Position numbers and translations under genes: made by a program. Shown here one piece after another: positions 42,206 through 57,466 of a stretch of 64,000 nt of DNA. Position 1 is the first letter of the stretch. Every line of letters begins with the position of its first letter. Under the pieces are notes generated by a model. That model was not told the DNA's origin and made no database searches. It saw only the letters and a program-made list of their open reading frames with translations. The DNA is from Octopus vulgaris (taxonomy: Eukaryota): contig OX597825.1 of NCBI GenBank assembly GCA_951406725.2, forward strand, positions 26,970,001 to 27,034,000, written 5' to 3'.

Positions 42206-42428
42206 CACACTCACACACACATGTATACATGGGTACAAGAGCTTACCTACGGTGTAAATAACATGAAGTACGTAAGCAACGAGAAAATGTAAAACAGGAC
42301 CAGTAAACACAGAGAAAGGACCCTACACCACTTGTCGGTTGTCTATCCACTCCTCATTTCGAGCGTTCAACGACAATACTAGTCTTCAGAGACAGTTGCT
42401 CCCATAAATTCTAAAATAAAATTTAGGA
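41461..42428. repeat. Two diverged direct copies of an interspersed repeat (41461-41615 and 42270-42428)
   Basis: ACGTAA.CAA.GAGAAAA...AAAACAGGAC.AGTAAACA...TTGTCGG.TGTCTATC.ACTCCTCATTTCGAGC...AAAATTTAGG in both. Confidence 0.8.
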
Positions 42429-42841
42429 TTTATGGAGGGTCAAAGTTGGGACCAAATCATGACAGTGGATACACATTCAAGGGTCGTTAGACCAGAACGA
42501 GATGAAAATAATGATCGATGGCAGCTGCAAACGAGGGAAAACACTACCAGGATGCCACAAGCTTCAGACGAAGAAACTAGCGGCAACACAAATGTACAAA
42601 ACACAAGGCTCAGAACAAAACTGTGCAATTGATACAAAAAAAAACGTTTAAGTAATTTACCGAAACGAAAAATCCAAAGAAAACAAACTGCAAAATATGC
42701 CTTCTAGAGTAACGTCCCTCGATTCATTGTTTCATTGATTAATTTACGTGATTTTACGACTAATCCCGAGTTTGTTTTCCAAAATGGAGGCGGCCACAAA
42801 TCTCAATGAGATAGGCTTGCAAACTTTTTAAGATACTTTGA

Positions 42842-43723
<882 letters not shown>

Positions 43724-43833
43724 ATATATATATATATATATATGTACATATATATATATATATATATATATTTAAATACATGTGTGTGTATATATATACA
43801 TATACTTATACACATTTATGTATGTATTGAAAT

Positions 43834-43894
<61 letters not shown>

Positions 43895-44289
43895 TGTGTG
43901 TGTGTTTTTTGTGTGCGCGTATATATAGATACTAATATAGAGGTTAAATGAAATTATATACTGACGATGAAACCATATATCGGTATATTAACCTATTAAT
44001 TTTTAGATGAACAAGATGTAAAATTGATTCTTTTTGAAAACTTTTCGATGATTTAAGTGTAAACACCGACAATTTAATTAGAAAACATACATACTTGAGA
44101 GTATTAGTGAAGCAAAAGAAATATACGTAAAGTAAATTAAGATTTTTTAGAACAAAAATTCAAAACTTTATATCTTATTAAAATACACTCTACTAGAATT
44201 TTAAATACTATCAAAGAAATATATCACATTGATTAATGCAATTTTCAACATCTTACTTTTCGGAGATTGAGCAGAAATTTATAAACATA

Positions 44290-44660
44290 CATTGCAGACG
44301 TGGTTTTCATGAAAGAAGTTAACTTCCAAACAATATCGTCCCTGGTTCAGTGATAAAGGGCAGACTCCTGGACAAGTGTCCATACTTTTACTTTGGGCCT
44401 ACCAAAATATTGCCACACACAACACTCTCTCACACACACACAAACACACACTCGCGCGCGTGCTTCGATATGGGTGTGTGTTTGTATGCGAGTGTCTTTG
44501 TGTGAGTGTGTGTGATTGACAGCCTCTGTTGCTGCCTCTACCTCCCTGAAACCTAGCGGTTCGGTAAAAGAAAGCCGATAGAATAGGTACCACGCTTCAA
44601 AGATTATACTGCTGTCCAGCATTTATGCGACTGACTTCTTTGACGGTGATGCAGCATATT
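44290..44660 (+). mobile_element. SINE family B, old degenerate copy
   Basis: CTAGCGGTTCGGTAAAAGAAAGCCGATAGAATAGGTACC matches the family B core. Confidence 0.65.
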
Positions 44661-45330
44661 CGCAATCTCATAAAAGTTAAAAGAAAATGTGAAAGATGTG
44701 TGTGTACGTTAGTGTGTGTTCGTTTATTTGAGATTGTATAACTTTTACGGAGAAAATATTGGTAGTCTTGTTGGATTTCTTTTTCTCGCCAGCAGGACAC
44801 CGATGATATGGTATAACAGAACAATGTAAGGAATTGAGATGCCACGACGTTTACTATTGTCTTCTAGTTTCTATTTCAGCAAATTCTTTCGTGTGTTAAC
44901 GTATTATTTAGAGAAGACCTTGCCTATAATATACCATACGAATTCTTCAAAATCCAACGCTACTCTTTAAAGTATGGCAATCTGCTCTCCTAGATATATA
45001 TAAGATATAATGATCATTGTTGAAACGTATTTGGCCTCGTCGATCACCTGTACCTGTGAGATTAATGTTACATTACGGATAATAATCCAAATATTCACAA
45101 GAGCAAATCAATTATTGACAGTGATGTAAGCATTAATTAATCGATTTTATACATATAAGAGCATTTATGAGTGTGGAAGGAGAATTGAATTCAGTTCCCA
45201 ATAACGAAGAAAGAAGCATAATTTCCTTGTGTTTAATATGACAGCCTGTATTTATTTTATCCATCAGAGATGAAAAAGATATTTAAACAAGTGCACATAT
45301 ACACTTGTAAATATATATACACCCACGCGT

Positions 45331-45379
<49 letters not shown>

Positions 45380-46774
45380 TATGTTTGTTGAGTGAGTGTT
45401 TGATGACAACTAATCTATCAAATATGGCAGAATCGTTGGTATGTCGGACAAAATGCATTTCGCTCGTCTGTACGTTCTGACCAACGACTTGCCTTTTATC
45501 CTGTAGTATCAACTCTCCTGAAAATAGGCGCTCATATTTTAAAAAGAAGCCTAAACATACAAAACGGTAATTGAAAATTGTTCCATTATGATTCATATTT
45601 ACGAGGAGTTCCAGTTTATTATTGGGTTAACTAACAGAAAAGGGAGCGGAACTCACAAAATTCTAAATATGCTGAAATGAAAGACAAAGCACACACTGTA
45701 AAGCGTGCACCTATCTATACGAAAGTATAGTGTGGCATAGATGGAACACATGCCATTATATGTATGTAGATTCAGAGTCGCTGTGATGTGAAACAAAAAA
45801 GATAACAATGAATAGCATCAATATGAAAGGTGGAAACGGCATAAAAAGTATGCTCGGTAAAAGTAGAGAACAATGAGAGGAGAACAGACAAAATTAAAAC
45901 AGATATGGAACTTGAAATGAACAAAAAACACAAATAAAAATGAGAACAACAAGAACAATAGTAAGGACATCAATACTGCACTATTTTGAAAGAACAAGCA
46001 AAATCGGGAATACTAATATGAACAACAACCATTTTGCATCTAAAACTTCAGTAAATGTACGATACGGAACAATTTTATTAGGGACACTAGCTTATAAAAT
46101 ACACATTCTTTATATTTGACAATAAACTTTGATAAAATCCAGTCTTTCATAAACAGTTAATGCCCTGTGTCATTAGGAATTACTCCACATTACAGTTTAT
46201 AGAATATTTCGATTACTTCTATGGTGGCAAGCTACTTGAACTTGATGTTTTCTCTGAAAACTCATATATACTCCATGTTTCAACAGGCATTCAAGATGGT
46301 AGAAATGATTATAATGTTAAAGACGATTGACTAAATATACAAGATGATTGAAATTAATACGTCACACTAGAGGACTCTCAGATTGTAGTGATACTACATT
46401 TTAGTAAATATTTGTTACTAATTTTCTTCTATATTTTCTGATGTGCTCGTAAATAAAAATATATATGTGGGTTTAATGTCAATCCAAGCGTAGAAAAAAT
46501 GATGTATTTTATGGTAAACCAGTAAGCAGATTCGTGTATTAACTACATGGTATCTACTTGTATAAATTGTACATGGATCACAGCATGAAATAATTGAAAC
46601 CGAAATTGGTGTTCACGATCATCGCAAGTTTCATGAACTGCACGAATATATAAGATTTTCGTTGAAGGTTGGGATGTAGCGAATATATAGTTAGTCACCA
46701 AATAGTGTAGTCCTGTATCTACCAAACTCTCAATTAATCAACCAACCAAACAACCAAACAAGCAATCAAACGAC

Positions 46775-46806
<32 letters not shown>

Positions 46807-47049
46807 ATATCAATCTATCTATCTGTCTGTCTGTCTGTCTGTCTGTCTCCCCATTTGTCTGTCCTTCTATCTAGCTAACTATCAATCTAGCCACTCGACT
46901 ATGTAGCTTTATATACCTATTTATCTCATCTCTCTCATTATATTTCTCTCCCTCTCTCTATATATTTATATATAGACACACACACACATATATACATATA
47001 CTCATATATACGTACATATATATATATATACATATACTCATATATACAT

Positions 47050-47149
<100 letters not shown>

Positions 47150-47189
47150 AATGATAAAATTCCTAAGCAGTGATGAAGCAAAGGAACAT

Positions 47190-47585
47190 TGAGAATATAA
47201 ACAAGAGAAGCAAAATGACACCTTGAATAGATAGATAGCAAGAAAATAAAATGTATGGTGTGAATTCTTGCGGGAAATGCCTGAAACAGTTGACAAAGAA
47301 TCGGGTAGAAAAAGAGACTTGAAAGTCGAAAGAGAGGCTCTTATCTTCGCAGCCAAAGAACAGACACTGAGAACGGACTATATCAAATTCAATGTCGAAA
47401 AATTTAGGACTTCCCCGCTTAGTAGGTTGTGTGGTGAGGAAGGTGAAATAATAAACCACATAATTAGTGAATATAAGATGTTCGCACAATGAGTTAAGGA
47501 GGAAGGTACGGCAACATTGCCAGACTAGTTTACTGGCAGGTCTTTCATACGTACTATATGAGCAGAAGTGAGAAATGATATGAGC
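47190..47585 (+). mobile_element. R4/Dong-clade fragment (zinc-knuckle region)
   Basis: REMPETVDKE...DLKVEREALIFAAKEQTLRTDYIK...SPLSRLCGEEGEIINHIISEYKMFAQ...NIARLVYW. Confidence 0.88.
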
Positions 47586-47594
47586 AACTGAAAA

Positions 47595-47772
47595 TTCGGG
47601 GGTGGTAGGAGTAGTCGATTACATCGATCCCATAGTTTCACTGGTGCATAATTTATCGAACCCCAAAAGATGAAAGGACGTCGGTGGGATTTCAAATCAG
47701 ATCGTTATAACCGACAAAATACTAGTAATAATTTTCCCCGGCCTGATAAAGATTCTGCCAGCTCGCCGCCTT
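47595..47772 (-). mobile_element. SINE family A copy; a further partial copy follows at about 47780-47900
   Basis: Ends with GATTCTGCCAGCTCGCCGCC, the reverse complement of the family A head. Confidence 0.8.
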
Positions 47773-48419
47773 AAATAATCCCTTCTACTGAAGGTAAAAA
47801 ACGTAATTTTGAAAACGACAGGACTAGTCGATCACGTGCATCCCGTTGTTACAATGGTACTTAAATTATGAACCTCCGGAAGGTAATATCGAAGGCTTTC
47901 AGTTTCATATATTGTTTCCACTACATAACATCAGGAGCATTTCACATAATTTGCTATTCTTACTTTCTCCTTTCTTTCTTTCTTTCATTCATTCATTCAT
48001 TCTTTCATTCTTTCTTTCGCTTCGTTCTTTCTCCCTCTCTCTCACTGATGTTCATTTTCACACATGTCATGAAATGGAGAAATTTTCAAACCTAGTCGTC
48101 AATACTACTAAAACGATAGCTAATGTTAAATATGAACATCTCATCTTTTCGTATATATACGGCAGAAACCATTGTTCCCATTAAAATATCTTATCATTTC
48201 AAGCAATATGTGAGCTAATTCTTGGTGTACGTGGGAGAGAATAGAAACAGCGTTATTAAGTCGAATCCCATATAAATTTGACGTATTTGTAGGTATATTT
48301 CTAAGAATATAAATGCGTAGGCAAGCGTGAAAGTGTATATAAATATGTGTACACACAGCGCACTCGTGGCGATTAATTTCCACATTCTAAATTATGAAAA
48401 AAGAGCCAAAAACAATTTC

Positions 48420-48570
<151 letters not shown>

Positions 48571-48685
48571 GGAAGAATGTGATGAGTAGAGATGCACACA
48601 TTCATGTTTCCCAGAATCCTTACCCTCCTGCCAATAACACAGATACATACGATGGCACGCACACGTAATATAATAATCATATAAC

Positions 48686-48782
<97 letters not shown>

Positions 48783-49459
48783 CATATGCATTTATATGTA
48801 TTTATAAATATAACTTTTCCATATTTATACAATTTTCTTAATCCGTTGAGTAAGAGATTTCCCGAAAAATTCTATTTTACCCGGAGTCCTCCAGATATTG
48901 AAAGAGAAACATTATCTTAGAAAAATATAAATGACATATGAAAAGAAATTATTTTATGATTGCCAAAATATTCAATATTTTAATGTGAAATATTAGAACA
49001 TTGAATGACAGCCGCAATTCAAACCTGCTGGAAGCTGCCATTAAAATGTATCTAACTGCTGCCGGAATAACTAGAAAAACACCGTGTATTAGTCTGCAAT
49101 CTTGATGTGAGCGCATGTGCTTATGTCTATATATGTGGGGGTCTACTTTACGTGTCTCCGTCTTTCTGTCAGTATGTGTGTGTGTGTGTGTGTGTGTGTG
49201 TTCACGTAACTATGCTTGTAATAATATGTATAGATACAAAAATACATATACCAAAATTCATGTACATATATATATGTACCTTATAGCGTAGGAGAAGGAC
49301 TGACAAGTTGATAGACAGAAAAAAAAACGGTGGTAGAGAGGGCGTAAGCGAAATATAGTTGAATAGATATATAGAGAGACAGACAAACAGACATAAATCA
49401 ATACATTTCGACTGACAGATAGACGGAAATATATATAGAGAAATAGATAAACAGACAAT

Positions 49460-49505
49460 CAAATAGATAGATAGATAGATATGTAAGTAGATAGATGGAT
49501 GGATG

Positions 49506-49556
<51 letters not shown>

Positions 49557-49612
49557 CGATAGATAGATAGATAGATAGATAGATAGGTAGGTAGGTAGGT
49601 AGGTATATAGGT

Positions 49613-49659
<47 letters not shown>

Positions 49660-49744
49660 GAAAGATAGATAGATTGATAGATATGTAGGTAGGTAGGTAT
49701 ATATATATATATATATATAGATAGATAGATAGATAGATATATAG

Positions 49745-49825
<81 letters not shown>

Positions 49826-49853
49826 GAATAGATAGAAAGATAGATAAATAGAC

Positions 49854-49937
<84 letters not shown>
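49460..49937. repeat. (GATA)n compound microsatellite
   Basis: Directly visible. Confidence 0.95.
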
Positions 49938-51339
49938 GGAAAGTATTGCCTGAAACCTCCACGAGTATATAACTATAATTGAATTTTAATACATCGATAT
50001 TTAATAAGTGTACACCTTCGATTCGTTTATATATTGCCTTAGTGTTTTTTACGCTGTAGAAAAAATTTCAAATGTATTTTTGTACTGTAGACAAATATGT
50101 AAATGTATTTCGGTGTAAATATTCTCATTTCCAGGACGAGTGAATAATTTGTGACTAATACTGTACTTATTTGTTATGCTGCAATAGTTTGTTGGATAAT
50201 GCATTTAAAAAGGTATCGCATTCTACAGAACATTGATGTTTATCATACACTACATTTTATTATGTCCTTTGAAAATATATCAAACGTGATATCTTCGGAA
50301 TTCAATGTGTACAATCCACTAAAGAAGAAAATGCCTTATCTAAACTCTAATATGGAAAAAGGATCATGAAATATACACCATATAAATTTGCTCATGTTGT
50401 GTTATCAAACAATCAAATGCTTATCTTTTGCTGTCACAAATGCATAGCTTGCATCATTGGGCATTATTTTCATTGAATATTTTTTTATGAGACTGAATTA
50501 TGTGAATAACTGTGATTGTGCCTCGAAATCCTACAGGTATTTTCCTTCTCCCTTGCTTATCGAGATACAGATCAATCAGATATTCCGTTGTTTTTGATCC
50601 ATTTCGATTTGTTCATATTTAAACCTGTTGTTTCTTCAAATCTTGATCCATTGATGTAATTTGTACAGAAATCATTGAAAATCTTAATTAATGTTGTTTC
50701 TGCTCACCATTTTCCGTATGATATTGTTACTGTTTTAATAATTACATATTTCACTGTAGTTGTTTGCCTCTGCACAATACAATTGCTATATGTGAAATCA
50801 TCAAAGATTGCTGGCAACAAGATTACTAGATTAGCCTAAATTTTACGATAAATTATTTTAGTAATTATTATTTGCAACTGTAAATGTTGTAAAATGTAGA
50901 AAATTTTAGCTGAAAAAATAATGGTTGGAAATTTTGGCAGTTTCGCGGGTGTGAGGAGTGAATCAATTACAGCAACTCCAGTCTTCAAATGGTACTTATT
51001 TAAATTGACTCTGAAAGGATGAATAGTATGGTAGTCCTCGGTCCAAAGATACTTATAACAAATTGTTCGAATTCAATATAATGATTTGTTAGATAAATTC
51101 GTTCGTTTTCTTTATTTAGGATACCTAATAATTTTAATAAATCAATTAATATTTTCGATACCAATAATGTTATTATATCAATTAATATATTTCACTCTAT
51201 TACACACAACTTTCTTGTCAACATTCCACTGGTTTGCCAATGTTTTGACGGTAGGAATAACCGGATCTTGACTCGAAAAGTAATCTGAGCCATCCATATG
51301 GCTCCATATCGTTGTTGAACGAAATCTATAATAAATTGG

Positions 51340-52300
51340 TTGGGAGTGACCGAAAAATTTGATAATCTAAAGTGTGTATATCAAGGGAATATGGAAACAC
51401 TTCACAACTAAGCATATGGTTAGACTTTGCATATATATTAAGGATGGGGGTAGCAAGAACTGTCGTGTTGAAAATTTCCCGGTTAGGTTGTTACAGGTGA
51501 TTGCATTGCACATCGAGTGAAGATGACCGCCACTATAACCTTTCCTCGTCCGCCTTTTTCTTGTCAATGTCTCTAAAACGCATGTCTGTGAGATCTATTT
51601 CAATATCACATGGAGCAAGGTCTCTATTGTATAGAAGGTGAGGAACAGTTTTGTAACCCATGTCTGTCAAGTTGGTGGTTGACAGGAAGAAATCATGGAA
51701 TGGTGAAGGTTGAACCGACGCCAGTTGAAGAGCTCTGGTCTTTCGCAAAGAAATCGACTCCTAAACGCCCTCTAAATTTTCACAAAATACTTTTTATTGA
51801 CCGTCTCGCCACAAGATCAGATATAGTCGTTCTAGATAATGCACGTCGGAGTCGAAAGTGGAGATCATTATGAGCGGATTTGCATTGCTTGGCCTTGTTG
51901 GATGTGAGGAACAAGGATGCTTCCACTCACCTCTCTCTGTCTCTTTGATGCCAAATCATATCGGTTGACCTAGTTATCGTCATAGATCACCAGATATTCA
52001 AGTATTCTGGAATTAGAGGTAATGAGCGTAACTATCTCCCTGCCATCACCAACGTGTCTCATTTGCTGTTTGTCTTTTGACGCCCCGCTCCCTTCCATAC
52101 CTCTCATCATCTCTGAATTCCTATCCGCTGTCATTGGCCTTCTAGTGCCAGTGTAAGACATGTTCGTTTCAAACAAGTTAATCCATAATGAACCTGGATC
52201 ATTTCATACGTTTCTCTAGTGTTTCTGCCCAGTTTATCACCAATATTCATTGCATAGAGAGTTTTCAAACGTCCAGGCTGCATTCTGCAATCTTATCAGC
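51340..52300 (-). mobile_element. Decayed mariner element, most of the transposase
   Basis: Minus strand in order: YAMNIGDKLGRNTRETYEMIQ; HWH...FRDDERYGR; GREIVTLITSNSRILEYLVIYDD; EWKH; KAKQCKSA; TDMGYKTVPHLLYNRDLAPCD. Boundaries approximate, TIRs not clear. Confidence 0.75.
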
Positions 52301-53680
52301 TTATAACAAGCAGTTTCGTAGGATGTATTCAAAGTGTAGATACAACCGTCTCCTTTATGCTGGAATAACAAGCGTTGGCATGTTAGCTTACCAAATGTAT
52401 ACTAATGATATACTGCAATTACAATGATATGGAAATTTATAACTGCCTCACCTAAAACAAATCTCAATACCTCTGGAATGCATCTCGTACGTTTTGACTC
52501 GTGACCTCGATGTAGTGTTTGTTATTTCAGAAACAAATGAGGTTCCCTATTTTTCGTTTCTACATGGAAAACCTGCAAATATATATGTCTTGGTACTAAC
52601 AAGTGTAGATTTATAAAGATTTATAAAGAGGCGGCGGATATCATTACATAGGTTTGCGATAGAAGCAGAAACATTTGCCATTAGAAGTTTCTGAATTCCC
52701 ATATCGCAGCTAGAAAATTAGAAGTAATACAGTCTAAAATATAGAACAAGTGTTATAGATACACAAAATATAAGAACAATAATTGTGATAAATCAATAGT
52801 GTAGAAAAATCGATAAGTACAATAGTCCAATCAGCGAAAGTTTCGCAACTAAATTACTCAATGCATATAGGAAGCCATATAGCTGTAAAAATGCATCACA
52901 ATGTTGAGGATGAATTGTACAATCAGTGCACATTTTATGAGTTTCGTTATCAATTTCCTCTGTATAAAACCAAAATTTCGAATTATTCTAGCATGGACTA
53001 TTATACACTATCTAAAAACCGGCAGTATTGCATGGACAGATGGTACCTTTTTCATTGGCTGGTGTTAATAAAACGTGTGCGAATGAACATCATTTCATCA
53101 CATTTACATCCCATTGCATAAGATGTAAACTTTCAGTTCCTTAAAATATTGTTATCGATCAACTTTTGCTTCACTTTACTATCGTGAATTAATCTTGATT
53201 TCAACTTGAATAATTTCCGATTGAAATTATAAGTAAAAGGCACCGCTAAGTCGTGTAAAGCCAAAATTTGATAGCATACGCTTATTAAACATAGTCATTT
53301 CCGATATATACTTAAATGAATTCAAGCATGCTATAAACGAATTATAATTAGTAAATTTCTGATGGCGTAATAAAGGTTTTATATAGGTCTCATTTCAAGA
53401 AGCGATGTCGCCTGATTTCACTATTCTAGTAATCAAAATGGCCACGAGAATATTTACTCTTAGCAGATGGAAATTTGTATATGTACACACATACACACAC
53501 ATACGCACTCTCACACACACACACATATCTATGTATATATACATGTACATACATACAGACACATACATGCACACGCACATTTATATATAGATATGTGCAT
53601 ATACATATACATATGTGTCTGTATGTATGTATACATACACACACATATATATACATACTTGCATACATACATACATTCAA

Positions 53681-53733
<53 letters not shown>

Positions 53734-55853
53734 TGCGCATGTGTATATACGTTATATGTAATAATTTCAGCATTTATATGTATATGTGCATAGGTAGGAA
53801 TGGCTGCGTGTAATTGCGTGTATAATCAATGTTTGCAGCATATTATCCACAATCCATATATGAATATATCGTGCATTAAATATTTGTATTCATATGATAT
53901 TTCACAGAATGTATATATATATATATATTTAATCATACGTATGAAATATTGCCCGTATAGGCGAAGCTACTTATCTCAGTAGAATAGATGCAATCAGTAT
54001 GAAATATCAGTGAGCTAATAGGTTCAATGTTCGTCTGTTGCACTAAGCTATATAGTTCAAATCACCGTGTTACGGGAAAATGATGAGGCTGTTAAATATA
54101 TAATACAAGCCCAAGACTTAAACAATGCGTGCAATAATGTTTAACTCATCACCAAATATTTAGCACTTGCGTGAGTGCATTTATCTATGTAGATATAAAC
54201 ATATGTATATATGCATATAGACATATTATACATATCATACGTATACATATATACACATATTTGTAATACTTTTATAGAGAAACATACATACATATACATA
54301 CACAGACACGCATACATACATAACGACATACATACATACATAAAGGTTTTTTATGTACATTTCTTTGCATTTTATTACACCACAAGCGTACCCTTTGTTT
54401 AAAGAGCACATTGTTAGATTATTTAATATTTGCAGTTTTCAAATTACTGTCAAAAAAATATTTTTACCTGAATATTTCATAAGATTGTTTTATTCAGATT
54501 ATATATACCCCAAAACACGGGTTCCAAATCAGTTTCATAAATATATAGCACAAGAAAAAACAGTGATGTTTCTATCCTTGGCAATCTTCTGCCATTTGGC
54601 TAGTGTCTTATATTCATTTTCTTTTTCATGTTATATACCACGTATATAACCATTAAGGCGTCTGAAATATGAATTATAAAATACAGTTTGAAGTTGCGAG
54701 ATTAGATGTGAAGTTGTTGGGATTTTCAGACTTTCACTTCTCTATACCTATAAGCTAAATTATGTGTAACGATGAATGATAATAAGAACTTTGAAACTGC
54801 AGCTTTTTTTAGATGAATGTGAACGTTATCTTTCCGAAAAAATAATGCATAAAAGGTGATAGTTAATGCAGTCTTCCAAATGAAGTAAATTTCATTTTTA
54901 TTTTAGTATTCATATTCTTGTATGTGCGCTTTAATTGTGTTAGAGTGATTGCTGTAGGCCTATTTATGTCTTGCAGATAATCATGTATTGATCGTGTATG
55001 TGATTTTAGAAAGAGTTCTTTGGTATTAATGTGAACTGCAGAAGGTCATGGAAGTGTATTTCATATAGAGGTTTGTGTAATTTATTGTAGTAATATTATG
55101 TGTTATCAAGGATGACGACAAGATAGGAAAAGTGGTATTTTGGAAGAAGATCCGTATAAGTCCGGTTGGATTTATCCTCTGCTCAGAGTAGCAATAATTT
55201 TGAAGTTCTCCAGTTTTAAGTGCTTTGTTTATAGACTAAGGTTGAATGATTCCTCCTTCATATTGTGTGCGTTCATTGAGCCATTCAGTACGTTTAACAA
55301 AACTGTTGAATATAGATTGTATTGTCTGACTCTTCAAGTAAAATTGTTACTTTTTCGCAGCAATGTACTGATTTAATTGTGGTATTATTTAAACTACGGT
55401 GCGTTAAATTCCATACAAACTTGATTGATGGTGTCGAATTGTACTTGTACCTAACTATGAATACTCCATTCAGTTTATTTCATGCTGTGTGAATCTTACA
55501 TTGCTTATAATACAATGACTGCAAAACGGATATATATAGCTGTATCTATATCAGTGATTGCAACTCACTCATTTGAACAACACGTGCTTTAGGAACGAAT
55601 TTGTGCGTGCATTGACGGAAAGTGACGCCAATAGTTTGAACAAAATAACTTCAAGATACACCAGTCATGTAATTGAATGGCAGACTCAAACAGAATGACA
55701 TGGGTTTCTTTTTTTTCTTTTAAACCATCGTTCACTTGGGCAATACGACATTCATAACCAAACAATTAAACACACCGTACGTATATCCATAAAGTAAGGC
55801 ACCAGTGATATATTCCATATAGCTATGCTTACACACACACACACACATACACA

Positions 55854-57053
55854 TTTGGTTAGCAAGAAAGTAATTTCGATTTTCGCAAATAGAGCTGCGA
55901 TCGTATTCGAAAGACATTTGTCAATGCTATATATTTTTTTCCTTTTGACATTTGATAGTCTTTACATTTAGCTTACTTTAGAAGCAAATTTCGCGAAATT
56001 TTGTTTAGAGCTATTAGTTCAGTGTCAATTTTAACGTAGAGTGCAAAAACCAAAGTGTTCGCTATATGTTTTTTTTTTTTATTTCTGTAAAGGCAAGAAA
56101 GCTGCTAAGGTTCACAAACAGAACGCAAATGTCAGAAATAGTTGTTCTGAAAAAGTCAGTTCTGGAGATTTCTCACGCAAAGATGAACTACTGAAATTGA
56201 TGATGACCGAACCAAAGCTATAATTGAATCTGATTGTCATATAAATTGCGAGAGGTTGCAGAGAGGTTAAACGTATCACACACAGCAATGGAAAATAACT
56301 TAAAATGTCTTGGACTCGTTAAGAAGCTAGGTATTTGTGTTCCACATAAATTAAAAGAGATTCAGTGAACACAACGAATCAATATTTGCGATATGAGCCT
56401 CAAATTCAATGAATCATCACAGGTAATGAAAAAGGCATTGTCTACAATAACATCAATCGAAAACAATCATGGTCCAAGTGTAATGGATCAGCACAAACCA
56501 CATCGAAATTTGAATTGCATCAAAACTTGCATCGTATTAGACAAGGTGTTGTGTATTTTGAGCAGCTTCCAACGAACGAAACGATAAATTCAGACGTTTA
56601 TTTTCAAACTACTAATGAAACTAGAGGAAACAATCAAAGAAAAACGACCAGATTTGGAAAATCGTAAAGGAATTATGTTCCACCGCGACAACGCTAGAAC
56701 ACTCACGTCTTTGCTAACTCGTGAAAAATTATTGGAGCTTAGTTGTGAAGGGATGTAACATCTACCATATACCCGTGACCTTGCACCATCAGATTACCAT
56801 CTATTTCGATGTTTGCAGAATTCTTTGAATTGTAAAACTTGAATGATGGTGACCTGGAGTCGCACTTAATTCAGTTCTTGGCTGATAAGGACCAGAAGTT
56901 CTATAAGCGCTGAATCATGAAGTTGCCAGAAAGAGGGCAAAAGGTCATGGAACAAAATGGAAAATATATACTTGAATAAATTTCATTCCTTGTTTGAAAA
57001 ATATGAGTATTATTTTGCACAAACAACCGAAATTACTCTCTTGCATGCCCAAT
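55854..57053 (+). mobile_element. Near full-length decayed mariner (DD34D) transposon with TIRs
   Basis: TIRs TTTGGTTAGCAAGAAAGTAATTTCG and CGAAATTACTCTCTTGCATGCCCAAT; transposase motifs ICVPHKL, IITGNEK, ETINSDVY, MFHRDNART, PYTRDLAPSDYHLF and KVMEQNGKYI, broken by stops and frameshifts. Confidence 0.93.
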
Positions 57054-57429
57054 ATATAGGTATATATATATATACACTTATAAATATCTACAAAATACCG
57101 ATATCTACATATATATATATTGGATTGACTTGATTAAATTTAATTTAATTTAATTAGGCTGGCTTACCAAAAAGTACGTCGAAACAATGCATTGTCCAAA
57201 GATGATTAGGGTAAATGTTTTTAAGTTTCCTTTGATTTCTGAATTACTACTATTTAGCGGTTTGAGTTTAGCTGCTCGTTTTAGTGTGTTGAATAGCCTA
57301 TTACGGCCATTCCTTAATATTATTGTTTAATGTATATTATATAGTCTGTTGACTATTTTTTCTTTCTCACTAAACCTCTGGTGGCGAAAAAAATTTCTAT
57401 TGAATTTTTTGCTACCCTTATATTGATTA

Positions 57430-57466
<37 letters not shown>

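Noticed and set aside
45238-45272. Hammerhead-like TCTCTGATGG...ACAGGCTGTC on the minus strand
   Set aside because: Both core segments are mutated; too degenerate to support
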